64,000 nt of DNA, from assembly GCF_006345805.1 (NCBI RefSeq), contig NC_043004.1, forward strand, positions 38,130,001-38,194,000, given 5' to 3'. The translations under genes and the position numbers were made by a program. Every line of letters begins with the position of its first letter. Position 1 is the first letter of the stretch. The DNA is from Octopus sinensis (taxonomy: Eukaryota). The notes below the pieces were generated by a model. That model did no database searches, was not told the origin of the DNA, and worked only from the letters and a program-made list of their open reading frames with translations. Below, one piece after another: positions 27,691 to 41,089 of the stretch.

Positions 27691-27957
27691 TGATTGATCC
27701 CCCTGTATTTTCTTTTACCCAAAGTCAGGAACTCTTCAGCACTCTTCGTATGTATGTATGTATGTATGTACGATGGAATTCTACATAGAATCTGACTACC
27801 ATATTCCACTCTGGTTACAGCAAAAGACCAAGGGAAATCGCCCAGTGGGACTGAACCCAGATTCCACGTTAACAGCATGACTAAATATGTGTACATACGC
27901 AAGCAAGAACTACTTTGAAATGTATAGGTAAACAGACGCCCACATGTGTGTGCGTGC

Positions 27958-28004
<47 letters not shown>

Positions 28005-28963
28005 CGTGTGTGTGTAGGTGCGACGATTACAAGTGAAATAGAAAAGGCGGAGTCTAGAGGCAATGCGAAGATTATGAATACAAAGGAAGAGTTAGAAATG
28101 TAATGAGATGAAAGCAGGAGAGAGTGAGAGAGAGAGAGAGAGAGAGCGATAGCGAGAGAGAGAGACAGAAAGAGAGAGAGAGAGAGAGGGTGGGTGGGAA
28201 GTCGATAGAAATATTGTAGTAATGAGAGTAAGTAGTGTGAAGCGGTTGATTGAAGGGAAGGATATGGTAAGGGCGAGAGCGACTATTAGAGTGTCAAGAA
28301 GAAAGAGACGGAAGGCGGAAAGTTACGGTTGAGAAATAGTCGAGAGAGTGAAAAGGGGAGGACAGTGTATGAAGAGAAAGAAGAAACAAAAAGTGAAAGA
28401 AAGAAAAAATAAAGAGAGAGAGAGAGGGGGGAGAGACAGAGTGGGGGGGGGGGGCGATTGGTGTAAGCTGGAAAGTATGCAAGGAGAGAGAGAAAGGAGA
28501 GAATGGAGAAGAAGAAATATTAAAAATAAGAAATGAGTGAAAGAAAGCGAGAGGGGTTAGTGAAGTGAGAATAAGAACAATATATGAGATAGATAATGAA
28601 GAGAGAGAGAGAGAGAGGGGGGAGAGAGAAAGAGAGAGATACAGGGAGTGTGTGTGTGAGAGAGAGAGCAGACGATAATAGATAGAAAAGGCTTAGAAGA
28701 CGAGGAGGTACAGAGGGAGGGGTTTAATAGATAATTGAAGGTGTGAACGACAATTTGACTGAATTCAGACGATAAAAACGAATGTAGCGCGGAAGAGAAA
28801 AAAAGAGACGTTGAAGGAAAGGATTGATAATCAGGCGAAAGGTAAGTTCGAGGAGTGGGAAGATGGGTGGGTCGGTGGTGGTGGTGGTGGGGAAGTAAAA
28901 TTGAATAATAAGTGTGCTACAGGTGAGAATTTGAGAGCGTAAAATAGAAAAAGGGAGTTACGG

Positions 28964-28995
<32 letters not shown>

Positions 28996-29635
28996 AATGA
29001 TGGTGGGGGTGAGGAAACACAATGGGCGGTAAATGTGTGTGTGAGAATAATAATCAAAGCATTAAGCAAATGATAGGTGGGAATGAATGAGAAAGCGGGA
29101 GGGAGGTGAAAGGATGAAAGTGTAAATAAAATAGATAGATGGATAGAGAATGAGATAGATAGAGAATGAGATAGATAGAGAATGAGAAAGATCGAAGAGA
29201 TACAGAGAGTGTAAGAGAGAGACAGAGAGAGGGAGAGAGAGGGGTGGAGAGAAAGAGAGAGTATATGTGCGTGTGAGTGTGTGTGTGCGTATATGTGTGT
29301 GTGTGTGCGTGCGTGCGTGTATGTGTGCGTGCGTGTGTGCGTGTGAATGTGTGTGTATGTGTGCGTGTGAATGTGTGTGTGTGTGCGTGTGAATGTGTGT
29401 GTGTGTGCGTGCGTGTGTGCGTGTGAGTGTGTGTGGGTGTGCATGTGTGTGTGTGGGTATATGTGTGTGTGTATGTGTGCGAGTGTGTGAGCGTGCGTGT
29501 TTCTATGTAAGTGCACACACACACACACACACACACACGTGGGTTTTATTGTGGAGCTGAAAAACGTTAATACATAATGATTTCAGGGGCGGAGTATTAA
29601 GAGTGAATGGGAGGGGGAAAGAACGTTGAGCAAGC

Positions 29636-29669
<34 letters not shown>

Positions 29670-29825
29670 GTGAGAGAAAGAGAGAGAGAGGGGGGAAGGA
29701 GGGGCAGAAACAGTGAAACAGAAACAAAAAGTGTGTGCATATGTATGTATGTATGTATGCATGTATGTATGTATGTATGCACGTATGTATATTTGTGTGT
29801 GTGTGTGTGTGTGTATATAATATAC

Positions 29826-29884
<59 letters not shown>

Positions 29885-30107
29885 TATATACACATACATG
29901 CATATATACATATGTTTATATATATATATATGTAAAGATATATAATACGGGTGAAAACTGAATATTAATTTGATTAATATCAATTTAAAACCAGTGGTCT
30001 AGCATATTTGAAAATCTTAAGTTTCAGAAAAAATTATATTACATACAGCGGTGGTGCCCCAGCATGGCCGCGGCCTTCGGGCTAAAACATTTTTAAGGAT
30101 TTAAGGA

Positions 30108-30245
30108 TACATATAATAGGGATAACCTGTAAGTGGACGTCCATTATGTTAGAAGATCCGCTATGGTCTAACCACTTAGACCATAGCGGATCTCCTTTTA
30201 GCATAATGGATGTCCACTTACAGGTCATTCCTTTTATATATGTAA
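30108..30245. repeat. ~140-bp imperfect palindrome
   Basis: acctgtaagtggacgtccattatg...gatccgctatggtctaa-ccac-ttagaccatagcggatc...cataatggatgtccacttacaggt. Confidence 0.92.
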
Positions 30246-30422
30246 TATGTATAGATATATGTATACATCTATGTATGTGTAATTATGTGTTTTGACTACA
30301 GCATTAGAGGATTTTAGCTCTTATTTCTAGCAATGTAGGAGTTCTGATACCCTAGTCATAGCGAGAATTATTGTTTTCGTTTTTGGTAACACACTGCACA
30401 CAGCTGTCTATATTTTATGTGC

Positions 30423-30454
<32 letters not shown>

Positions 30455-30614
30455 GTGTGTATGTCTATGTGTGTAAGTGTATTATGTATTTGTGTTAGTG
30501 CATGTTTATTTAAATTATAGGTAAGGAGGTAGCAAGCGAATAAAGGATATCAAGAGATAACAAAAGGGATAAGGAACAGGGTAAAATGATTGTGGACGAA
30601 GTTAAAGAGATTGC

Positions 30615-31040
30615 GGTTCTTTTCAGTTTGAACGGCAGTTTTTTTTCTAGCGGTGTCATATGAAATTGTCACCCATAATTATGACCCTAGTATCGATCTA
30701 TTGCATTTCAATCTGTTTTAGGGTTAGGGTTAGGGTTAGGGATAGGAGGAAGGGTATCTTTTTTTCTTCACAAATGTAAATGAACCCAATCTGTTTCTTA
30801 AACGAGGGACATATTCATAACGGCACAGAATGATTTTTACCTCAATAGACGTTACTGATTGGTTGAAATTGCAGAAATTGAAGAAAAACAACAACAAATA
30901 TCTTACAAACTATAGAATTTTCTCAATAAAGCCAAAAGAAAAAGATGTTTTATAAACACATTCTACCAGTATACGAAGTTTAACATTTTTTAGTTTCCTA
31001 GAAATTATGTTAGAAACTGCCGTTCAAACCGAAAAGATCC
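30615..31040 (+). mobile_element. TTAGGG-bearing MITE (copy 2)
   Basis: Same TIRs; TSD gagattgc at 30607-30614 and 31041-31048; four tandem TTAGGG. Confidence 0.93.
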
Positions 31041-31865
31041 GAGATTGCAAAAAAAAAAAAACTAAAAAAAAGAAGTCAATGGGTAACAAACAAACGGACA
31101 ACGAAATCATACATACATACATACATACATACATACATACATACATACATACATACATACATACATGCATACATACATGCGGTCAGACACATAGGTAAAT
31201 GGACTGATAGAGTGACAGCTAGACCGATAAAGGGATAGACGCATAGAAAAGAGACAGACAGGCAGATAGGCAGACAGGTAAATAGACAAACAGGTAGACA
31301 GGTAAATAGACAGGTAAATAGAAAAATAGGTAGATAGAAAGAAAGATAGATAGACTGATTGATGGATTGGTTGATTTTTGATCAATCGATTGACTGATTG
31401 ATTGATTGATTGATTGGTAGACATTGCTATATAAATTGCATTTAAGTATAATTGCGTGCGTATATATATGTATTTATACACATATACATACATACATACA
31501 TACATACATACATACATTCATAATACATACATACATACATACATAATACATACATACATACATACATACATACATACATACATACATACATACATACATG
31601 CATATATATGTGTGTGTGTGTGTGTGTGTAAAATCTTTATTATACACTTGTTTTGGTCAATACACTGCGGCCATGCTGCAGCCATCACTTTGATGAATTT
31701 TTTTGTCGAACGAATGGACCCCGTATTTATTTCTTTTTATAAGCCTACTATTTACTCTATTGCTGAATCGCTAAGTTACGGTAACGTAAACACACCAACA
31801 CCGGTGGTTAAGCAGTGATGCGATACACACACACGCGCACGAACGCACACACACACACACACACT

Positions 31866-31898
<33 letters not shown>

Positions 31899-32159
31899 AC
31901 ACACACACATACGCATGTAGATATATCAACACATGCTCATGCGCTCTTATGTATGTGCGTGTGTATATTGTGCAGCTATCACGGACACAGTACGAGCCCG
32001 CAGGCTGAGGCAAAAAACGGTTTTTGTGCCTGAGATCCTGATCCTTAGCCATAAGGGGGCAATATTCATATATGTGCGAGTGTGTGCGAGTGTTTGTGTT
32101 TGTGCGTGTGTGTGTGTGTGTATATGCATATGTATATATATATGATATATATATATATG

Positions 32160-32216
<57 letters not shown>

Positions 32217-32427
32217 TATGTACCGTATATGTATTTTGTGCTTGCATGCTTTGAAATAACTATTTCTACATATATACTGCCTGAGAGATATGTGAAATAA
32301 AATAAATACACAGTTAAATGTCGCAAAAGTATTTCGATTCCTTTTACCGATGTAGCACAGAGGCTACAGTCAACATTATCAAATCTCAATGTTCTAGTCT
32401 AGTTAGCCATCTAGTTAAATCTAATAT

Positions 32428-32707
32428 CACCTTGTTCACCTTGACCGACCAGTCCGTCAGGCGTCCATTTGACACCGCTGGTCACAGCACGCTGTCCACT
32501 CCTCTCTGGATCGCGCCTTTCTCATCCACGTGATCCCAACCGTCCTCCTGAAATCGTAACTCCACCGTCGTTGAGGCCTTCCGAGTGGTCGTTTCTGCTC
32601 GCGCGGGTACCCCTCTACAACTGCGCGGATCCACCGATTGTCGGTGAGCTGGGCGACGTGTCCAGCCCATCTAAACTTGCTGCGTGTATACTCTGCGATG
32701 AGTATTT
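32428..32707 (-). mobile_element. 5'-truncated RTE-clade LINE 3' end with 13-bp TSD
   Basis: KFRWAGHVAQLTDNRW...KRPLGRPQRRW...W; short tandem tail (caaggtga); ttaaatctaatat at 32415-32427 and 32708-32720. Confidence 0.9.
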
Positions 32708-32948
32708 TTAAATCTAATATATATTTTTAAATCTAATATACACATTAGGAATCTGATAAGTAGTTTTGTTCCTTTATAAATTCAAATTTCGGCTAGTACT
32801 ATGCAATAAACTGTGGTATAAGCTTGTATTCTACCAGCGAATATTTGTATCTTATGTTAGAGTTTAGTATTCAAACAAAACATTGATCAGGTTGAATCAC
32901 CATATCAGTGAACTGCAGTGGATTTTATATGGGTAGATAATATATCAT

Positions 32949-33192
32949 CAGGACCGGCGCTAGGAAGTGCAGGGTCCTTTGAGAGTATTATCAATGAGGC
33001 CCTCTACTTTACAAAATATGAAAATTGATATTTTATGCTTTGTCTTGTATGCCAGTCCCTGATAAAAAGCATTGAGGACTTGAAGTCCTCAATTCATCAT
33101 AGCCTTCTTCGTTCGAGCCTGTTCACAGGACCCTCTCAAGACGCGGGGTCCAATTTGAACAAATCGATTTAATCGGCTTAAAACTAGCCCTG
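32949..33192 (+). mobile_element. hAT-like MITE (second partial copy at 63520-63586)
   Basis: Termini caggaccggc / ctagccctg; imperfect 8-bp flanks tatatcat/tatgttat; the 3' part recurs at 63520. Confidence 0.5.
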
Positions 33193-33999
33193 TATGTTAT
33201 TGTAGTTTCTTTCTTTTTTTTTTGTAGTCCGAAAGTATCCCTGATCATCACACGATGAAATAAATACACTTCCAGTTATATGTCATCTTTCCTTATATCT
33301 AGGATTATCCTTTATAGTTGATATTCTTCGTTTTTTTACAGAGGCAGTATTATGAAAAGAAGATCAAACTACTCTTTCTAGAAAACCAGTCAACCACATT
33401 GAGTCTTTTTGTTTTTCCTTTTGGTTGGCTCATGTGTAATTGTAGTGTCAAGGTCACAGCCTCCTACCTAACAAATTACGGTGCTTGTCCTATTACAATT
33501 ATTTATATACACATACCATTTTATCTCCTAAATTCAAATCCATCCGATGGTGACTTTGTCTTTTATTATCCCGGCGTTGATAAAATTAAGTCACATACTG
33601 ATGCTGATGTAATTAGCTCATTCCACTCCCCAGTAGACAACAAATTTTGGTTGTGCGCTTCTGTTAGAAATCATTATTCAAATACACGCAACATCTTTGT
33701 CTTACTACATCTGTCTATAATCACACGTTTCAATTAAATGTCTTCAGCCAATAAATGATCAACAATACTTACTACTATAAGCTGTTATTGTCATTTAGGT
33801 CGGTACTGATCCAGTTGACACCCGACTAAAGGCATTCCATCTATGTTCATGCAATCTAGTATTCTATCTTCTCCTAATATTTTCTTTAAAGACAGTAGGT
33901 AGGGTGTAGCTTTAGGCTGTTATTTTTAGCAAGGGAAAAAGCTGTGTACAATTTGCCATAAATGAGAAATGGAAACGGGCTTGTCCCCATGAGCTTTCC

Positions 34000-34470
34000 A
34001 CAGACTTTCGCAGTCTATCGAGATTGATAGTGAAGTCGGTAACCATCATATGAACAAAGTAATATGTAGTTGACCAAACAATATTAACCGTGATTTTATA
34101 AAATATTTTGTCGCATTTATATTGAAATTTCCTTTGTAGGTAATTTTTTTGTTATTGGAGTAATTACGGCTAAATCAAATAGTGGATTATGCCAGATGAT
34201 GTTTATATGCTAATACTTACTTCTTCTGGTACTATGAGTGGCTTCATTAAACCAAATATAATAATTAGATGAATCTGTGAATATACGTTTCTTGGTAGAG
34301 AAGGTGAGTGTTACATCTAAGAAGATGACAATAATGAATTTAATATCTCTAATTACCAAAAGGCCGAAATATTTGAAGAAACGGTCAAGATTTTTTCCTA
34401 AATCTATCATTTGTCTTTCAAATAACCATCAATCTACAAGCCCTCCCAACCATCTAATGATATTTTTCAC
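34000..34470 (-). pseudogene. Highly decayed Penelope-like reverse transcriptase remnant
   Basis: DRF..NLDRFFKYFGL...IVIFLDVTL resembles the PLE RT motif FKxxGLxIT...VNFLDVTL; a degraded GLYRDDG-like segment lies upstream and NPLF downstream. Confidence 0.5.
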
Positions 34471-34812
34471 TAATTAAGAATATTAAAATTTAAAACTAAA
34501 AACAGAATACTATTTCCAAGACAAAATTAAATTACAGAGTTAAAAATTCCAACAAAATTTTATTAGGTCGAATGAAACAAAAATGCTTATATAGCCAGCA
34601 AAAATACTAAGAACTTGTTCTTCTCTATTTCTATAACTAACACATATGACAAAAAAAGTTTTCATATTAAATTAACTTGATTCCAATTGCCAAAATATTA
34701 TTTTAACCATGAAATTGGTACCAGAAAGAATGAATTCGGATTATGAAATGTCACTGCTTTTATTTACGTTATTTACATTTGACGGATATTTGTCCTCATC
34801 TTGTTTGTTATT

Positions 34813-34858
34813 AATACAACGTTTCGGCTGGTATACCCTCCAGCCTTCATCAGGTGTC
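34813..34858 (-). ncRNA. Minimal type I hammerhead ribozyme (Penelope pseudo-LTR type)
   Basis: gacac | CTGATGA a | ggctgg-agggtata-ccagcc | GAAA-CG-T-T | gtatt; canonical core, palindromic AACGTT stem III, one mismatch in stem I. Confidence 0.75.
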
Positions 34859-34930
34859 TTGGGGGAATTTCGAACATGGGTTCTCATTCCTAAGGTATTT
34901 TTCGATGTTATTAATATTCTTCTTCTTCTT

Positions 34931-35019
<89 letters not shown>

Positions 35020-35025
<6 letters not shown>

Positions 35026-35560
35026 TCGATTTCAGACAGTGAAGTGAATAATAGGACACTATGAAATCTGTCGGAAGGATAATCCCGAGGACAATGTAAT
35101 AAAAATCCACAATATGGTAGAAGCCATGGCCACTCATAATAAAAGGGAATACTAGTGGAATGTACCCTCAAATGTACCCGTGAAGCCCTAAAATGTAAGC
35201 GCAACAGACCTGATATAATGATTTAGGCTAGAGAAGAGAAACTGTGCACAGTTGTGGAAATTAGCTGCCCGGCAGATGTTAACGTAAAGCTGAAGATCAG
35301 TGAAAAAGAGATAACCTATGCTGAACTATTGCGAAGTATCAGGATTGCAAGTTCAGGTTTATACCTATAATTATTGGGGCCCTGTGATGTGTAACACACT
35401 GTCTAAATACCAATGTTGAGAAATTGGGCTTCTCAAAACCAGAGAGGAGAAAGCTAATTTGAAGTACTACAGATCCAATCTATCACTGGAACTGTAAGAA
35501 ACTGCAAAGCTTTCCAGAAGTTTATCATTTAGATATATATGAGCATGTCTAGATATGGAA
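35020..35560 (+). mobile_element. 3' fragment of an RLE-type non-LTR retrotransposon (R4/Dong-like)
   Basis: CKRNRPDI...CTVVEISCPAD.NV..K..EK...Y..L and FIPIIIGAL: PD-(D/E)xK restriction-like endonuclease. Confidence 0.8.
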
Positions 35561-36029
35561 CTATATGCATGACAATATATTCATAAAACATTCAAATCTG
35601 CACATACATACAAACATACAAACATACATACATACATACATACATACATACATACATACATACATACATACATACACACGCATATACATGCATACATGCA
35701 TACATACACATACATACATACATACAACATACATACATACATACATACATACATACACACCTACAAACATACATACATACAAACATACATACATACATAC
35801 ATACATACAAACAAAAATACCCAGTTGTTGATGTTGAAATTCCAATGAAGGAACCTTGAATCTATGTTAGAAACCGGTTCCTTCACTATTGGCAAGAAAT
35901 CATGAAATAAACTGAAAAATTACATACATACATATTTACATACGAACAAAAAGACCCTGTTGATGATGTTGAAATTCCAATGAAGAAGCCTTGGATGTAG
36001 GTTAGAAATCTTGAAATAAACTGAATAGT

Positions 36030-36722
36030 GACATACATACATACATACACACATACATACATACATACATACATACATACATACATCCATCCATCCATCC
36101 ATACATACATAAATACATCCATACATACATACATACATCCATACATACATCCATCCATCCATCCATCCATTCATCCATCCATCAATCCATCCATCCATAT
36201 ATCCATACGTACATACATACATACATACATACAACATACATACATCCATCCAACCTTCCATCCATCCATCCATCCATACATACGTACATACATACATACA
36301 TCCATACATCCATACATACATACAAACATCCATCTACACATACATACATACATACATCTATCCATCCATCCATCCATCCATACATACATACATACATACA
36401 TACATACATACATACATCCATCCAACCATCCATCCATCCATCCATCCATACATACGTACATACATACATACATACATCCATACATCCATACATACATACA
36501 AACATCCATCCACACATAGATACATACATACATACATACATACATACATCTATCCATCCATCCATCCATACATACATACATACATATATACATACATACA
36601 TACATACATCCATCCATCCATCCAACCATCCATCCATCCATCCATCCATATCCATCCATCCATCCATACATGCATACATACATACATACATACATACATA
36701 CATACGTACATACATATACACA
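36030..36722. repeat. Mixed (CATA)n/(CATC)n microsatellite
   Basis: Seen directly. Confidence 0.97.
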
Positions 36723-36852
36723 CTCAGATACATGTAGAAACGCAGCTCCTTTCACGAATGTATTCGAATAAAAATAAAAAGAACATACAAGCACTTACAC
36801 ATGTATGTGAACATAGATGTATGCATATCTGAACGCGTGCATGTGTATATAT

Positions 36853-37087
36853 CTCTTTCTTTACTACCCACAAGGGGCTAAACACAGAGGGGACAAACAA
36901 CGACAGACAAACGGATTAAGTCGATTACAGCGACCCCAGTGCGTAACTGGTACTTTTTAAATCGACCCCGAAAGGATGAAAGGCAAAGTCGACCTCGGCG
37001 GAATTTGAACTTAGAACGTAACGGCAGACGAAATACCGCTAAGCATTTCGCCCGGCGTGCTAACGATTCTGCCAGCTCGCCGCCTTT
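36853..37087 (-). mobile_element. SINE family 1 monomer with TSD
   Basis: tgcatgtgtatatat on both sides (~36838 and ~37091). Confidence 0.92.
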
Positions 37088-37164
37088 ATGTGCATGTGTA
37101 TATATCATGTACGTGTGTTTGTGCGTGTGTGACTCAACAACTGCACTTATATATAACAAAACAC

Positions 37165-37611
37165 GGATCTTTTCGGTTTGAACAGCAGTTTTTTTCTAGC
37201 GGTGTCATATGAAATTGTCAGCCATAATTATGACCCTAGTATCGATGTATTGCATTTCAATCTGTTTTAGGGTTAGTTAGGGTTAGGGTTAGGGCTAGGT
37301 TTAGGGTTAGGGGTGGAGGGAAGGGTATATTTTTTCTTCACAAATGTAAATAAACCTAATCTGTTTCTTAAACGAGGGACATATTCATACGGCACAGAAT
37401 GTTTTTTACCTCAATGGAGGTCACTGATTGGTTGAAATTGCAGAAATTGAAGAAAAAAACAACAACAAATATCTTACAAACTATAGAATTTTCTCAATAA
37501 AGCCAAGAGAAAAAGATGTTTTATATAGACATTCTACCAGTATACGAAGTTTAAAATATCTTAGTTACCTAGAAATTATGTTAAAAGCTGCCGTTCAAAC
37601 CGAAAAGATCC
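37165..37611 (+). mobile_element. TTAGGG-bearing MITE (copy 3)
   Basis: Same TIRs; TSD caaaacac at 37157-37164 and 37612-37619; longest telomere-like tract. Confidence 0.93.
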
Positions 37612-37868
37612 CAAAACACAGATGGAACCAAACATGCTCACACACTCTCATATTTACATACATAAATATACAGCACCGCATATACCTTCTTAGAAGATGG
37701 AATATTTGACAAGGAAGAGAGGAAATAGCAACCACAATAAGCACATACTCAACAAAAATGCGCACCTAACACGCATAAATCTGCGCAGACAAGCACAGAC
37801 ACAAACACACATGCACACGCACACATTTCCTTTTTCTTTCTGTCCTTATTTCTTCCCCTCTCTCCATC

Positions 37869-37923
<55 letters not shown>

Positions 37924-37933
37924 CTATCTATAT

Positions 37934-37968
<35 letters not shown>

Positions 37969-38823
37969 CTAGCTAGCTAGCTAGCTGTCTATGTATGTAT
38001 GTATGTATGTATGTATGTATGTATGTATGTATGTATGTATGTATGTATCTATCTATCTTTCTATCTATATCTATCTATCTATTATATATATATATATATA
38101 TTCTCATACACAGTCGTTACGTTGTCATCATAACGCCGCATTTCCCTTTCTTTCTTTCTTTCTTTCTCTACAGTTCGTACTATATCTTCCCCTCTTCCTT
38201 TTCATCCATGATACATCTCCCCACACCTTATCACGAAATACTAGACGCCACCGCCGCCGCCGCCACCACCACCACCACCCCCACCACCACAAACCTTAAA
38301 ACCACCAGCACCACCGCCACCGCCGCCACCACCAAACACCACCAAACACCACCACCACCACCACCACCACCACCACCACCACCACCACCACCACCACCAC
38401 CACCACCACACCACTGTTATAGTCCACTCATTAAACTCACCGTATTTAACACGAACTCATTCCGCTTTTCAGTCGCTTACCAAAACTTCCCCCTCTCTCT
38501 CTCTCTCTCTCTCCTACCTCGCTCGTTGCACAAGATATTTACTCCCCCCCCCCCGTCTTCTTTCTTAGCATCTTTCTTCCCCTAATCCGTCCCCACTCCC
38601 ATTTCAACTTCTATGCTTCATCTCACTCCTTTTATACTTCTTCACTACTCTACCTGCCCAACAATCTCTAGCTCCCCCCTCCCCCACCGTCTTTGTAACA
38701 CGTGTTCAACATCCTCCCTGGCTTTCTCTTTTACCGCACCTCTCATTCTAAGCTCTACTCTCCCTTCTGTTCATTTTTTGACTTACCGCTTTTCAACGTA
38801 AACCTCCTACCCTTTCTTCTTTG

Positions 38824-38870
<47 letters not shown>

Positions 38871-39270
38871 CACATTTTATATATTGTATTTTTATTATTC
38901 ATCTCCCCCCCTCCTCTTCTAACTTACCTGGTGTTTATTACGTCCTTCTATCTTTCTTTTCTTTTCCCGCCTTCTTCCTCTATCACGTGCCCAGCCCACC
39001 GTTAAACAATCACCTTCAGCAAGCTAAATGTTTTGACTACAACTCAAAAACCTTCTCCGCCCACCTGTCAGTCTGAAATGTTAGCAACTGCTGACTTAAG
39101 GACACGCACACACTCCACACACTCAACAAGTATATAAAATGATTTCCAACAGAAGCACAAAACCAGGAATTTTTGAGAGAGGTGGGGAGCAGATTCAGAG
39201 GTGAACAGTTGATTATATTGATCTCCATACAACATAGTGTGAAGACACATTGCTTACTAATTAAGATGCT

Positions 39271-40030
39271 AAGGCAAGCGAGCTGGCAGAAACGTTAGCA
39301 CGTCGGGTGAATTGCGTAGCCGTATTTCGTCTGTCGCTATGTTCTGAGTTCAAATTCCGCTGTGGTCGACTTTGCCTTTCATCCTTTCGGGGTCGATAAA
39401 TTAAGTACCAGTTACGCACTGGGGTCGATATTATCGACTTAATCTGTCTGTCTATCGTTGTTGGTATCCTCTGTGTTTAGCCCCTTGTGGGTAGTAAAGA
39501 AATAGGTATTTCGTCTGCCGTTACGTTCTGAGTTCAAATTCCGCCGAGGTCGACTTTGCCTTTCATCCTTTCGGGGTCGATAAATTAAGTACCAGTTACG
39601 CACTGGGGTCGATATTATCGACTTAATCTGTCTGTCTGTCTGTCTATCCTTGTTTGTCTTCTCTGTGTTTAGCCCCTTGTGGGTAGTAAAGAAATAGGTA
39701 TTTCGTCTGCCGTTACGTTCTGAGTTCAAATTCCGCTGAGGCCGACTTTGTCTTTCATCCTTTCGGGGTCAATAAATAAAGTACCAGTTTCGCACTGGGG
39801 TCGATGTAATCGACTTAATCCCTTTGTCTGTCCTTGTTTGTCTTCTCTATGTTTAGCCCTCTGTGGGCAATAAAGAAATAAGAACCGTGAGCATTCCGTA
39901 CGAAATGCGTAGCAGCGTTTCGTCCGACTTTACGTTTCAGGATCGATAAATTAAGTATCAGCAAAACACTGGGGTTGATGTAATCGGCTTATCTCCTCCC
40001 CCGAAATTCCAGGCCTTGTAAAAGGATTAT
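39271..40030 (+). mobile_element. SINE family 1 trimer followed by the remainder of an older copy
   Basis: Three core+tail units joined by gaaata|ggtatttcg, then gaaata|agaaccgtgagc resuming an old head. Confidence 0.9.
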
Positions 40031-40052
40031 TAATCAAGATACTACGTTAATT

Positions 40053-40557
40053 GGATCTATTCGGTTTGAACGGCAGTTTTTAACATAATTTCTAGGTAAC
40101 TAAAAAATTTTAAACTTCGTATACTGGTAGAATGTGTTTATAAAACATCTTTTTCTCTTGGCTTTATTGAGAAAATTCTATGGTTTGTAAGATATTTGTT
40201 GTTTTTCTTCTTCAATTTCTGCAATTTCAACCAAATATCTTACAAACTATAGAATTTTCTCAATAAAGCCAAGAGAAAAAGATGTTTTATAAACACATTC
40301 TACCAGTATACGAAGTTTAAAATTTTTTAGTGACGTCCATTGAGGTAAAAAAAAAAGCCGTATGAATATGTCCCTCGTTTAAGAAAAAGATTAGGTTTAT
40401 TTACATTCGTGAAGAAAAAAAGATACCATTCCCCCCACCCCTAACCCTAACCCTAAAACAGATTGAAATGCAATAGATCGATACTAGGGTCATAATTATG
40501 GGTGACAATTTCATATGACACCGCTAGAAAGAACTGCCGTTCAAACCGAAAAGATCC
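40053..40557 (-). mobile_element. TTAGGG-bearing MITE (copy 4) with an internal inverted duplication
   Basis: Same TIRs; CCCTAA on the + strand; ~40099-40197 is inverted-duplicated at ~40233-40331; flanks share gttaatt. Confidence 0.9.
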
Positions 40558-41089
40558 CAGTTAATTACCCCTATTGCATTGCGAAAATGTAAATCTCAAC
40601 TTAGGTTTGCTTATCATCAGGTTTTTGTTAATTACTTGTTCTTCTGATGTAAAATATATTTGATTCATCTGTTTATTTTTCATTTTATCTTTTCTCTTCT
40701 TTTTAAGTCACTTTATTACTTATATGAGACGAGTTCTTCCTTATAACAGTTTCTCGTGTAAATATGTAGTGAACTACAGTTACTAAAATATATTCTAACT
40801 GAAATATGCGAAACAGGGATTAAAAAATGTGGTACTTCTGGACAAGACATTTGACGAGACACATCTGCAGCTATGATTCACCACAACTGTTTGTACAGTA
40901 TCTCACCCACGATGGGTCGAAACGATCGTAGTGAAAAATGAAGTCTCGTGAATACAGTTTTCTTTCACTCATATTTTACACACACACACACACACACATA
41001 TATGGGTGTGTGTGTATGTACGTATGTATGTATGTATTTATGTATGTATGTGTATGTCTCTGTTGTATCTGTTTTTGGTACTCATTACA

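Noticed and set aside
37267-37313. Telomere or chromosome-fusion scar
   Set aside because: The TTAGGG tracts are short and always lie at the same position inside a TIR element with a TSD.
39320-39880. Regularly spaced repeats resembling a CRISPR array
   Set aside because: The units are whole ~185-bp SINE bodies with no unique spacers; eukaryotic context and no cas genes.
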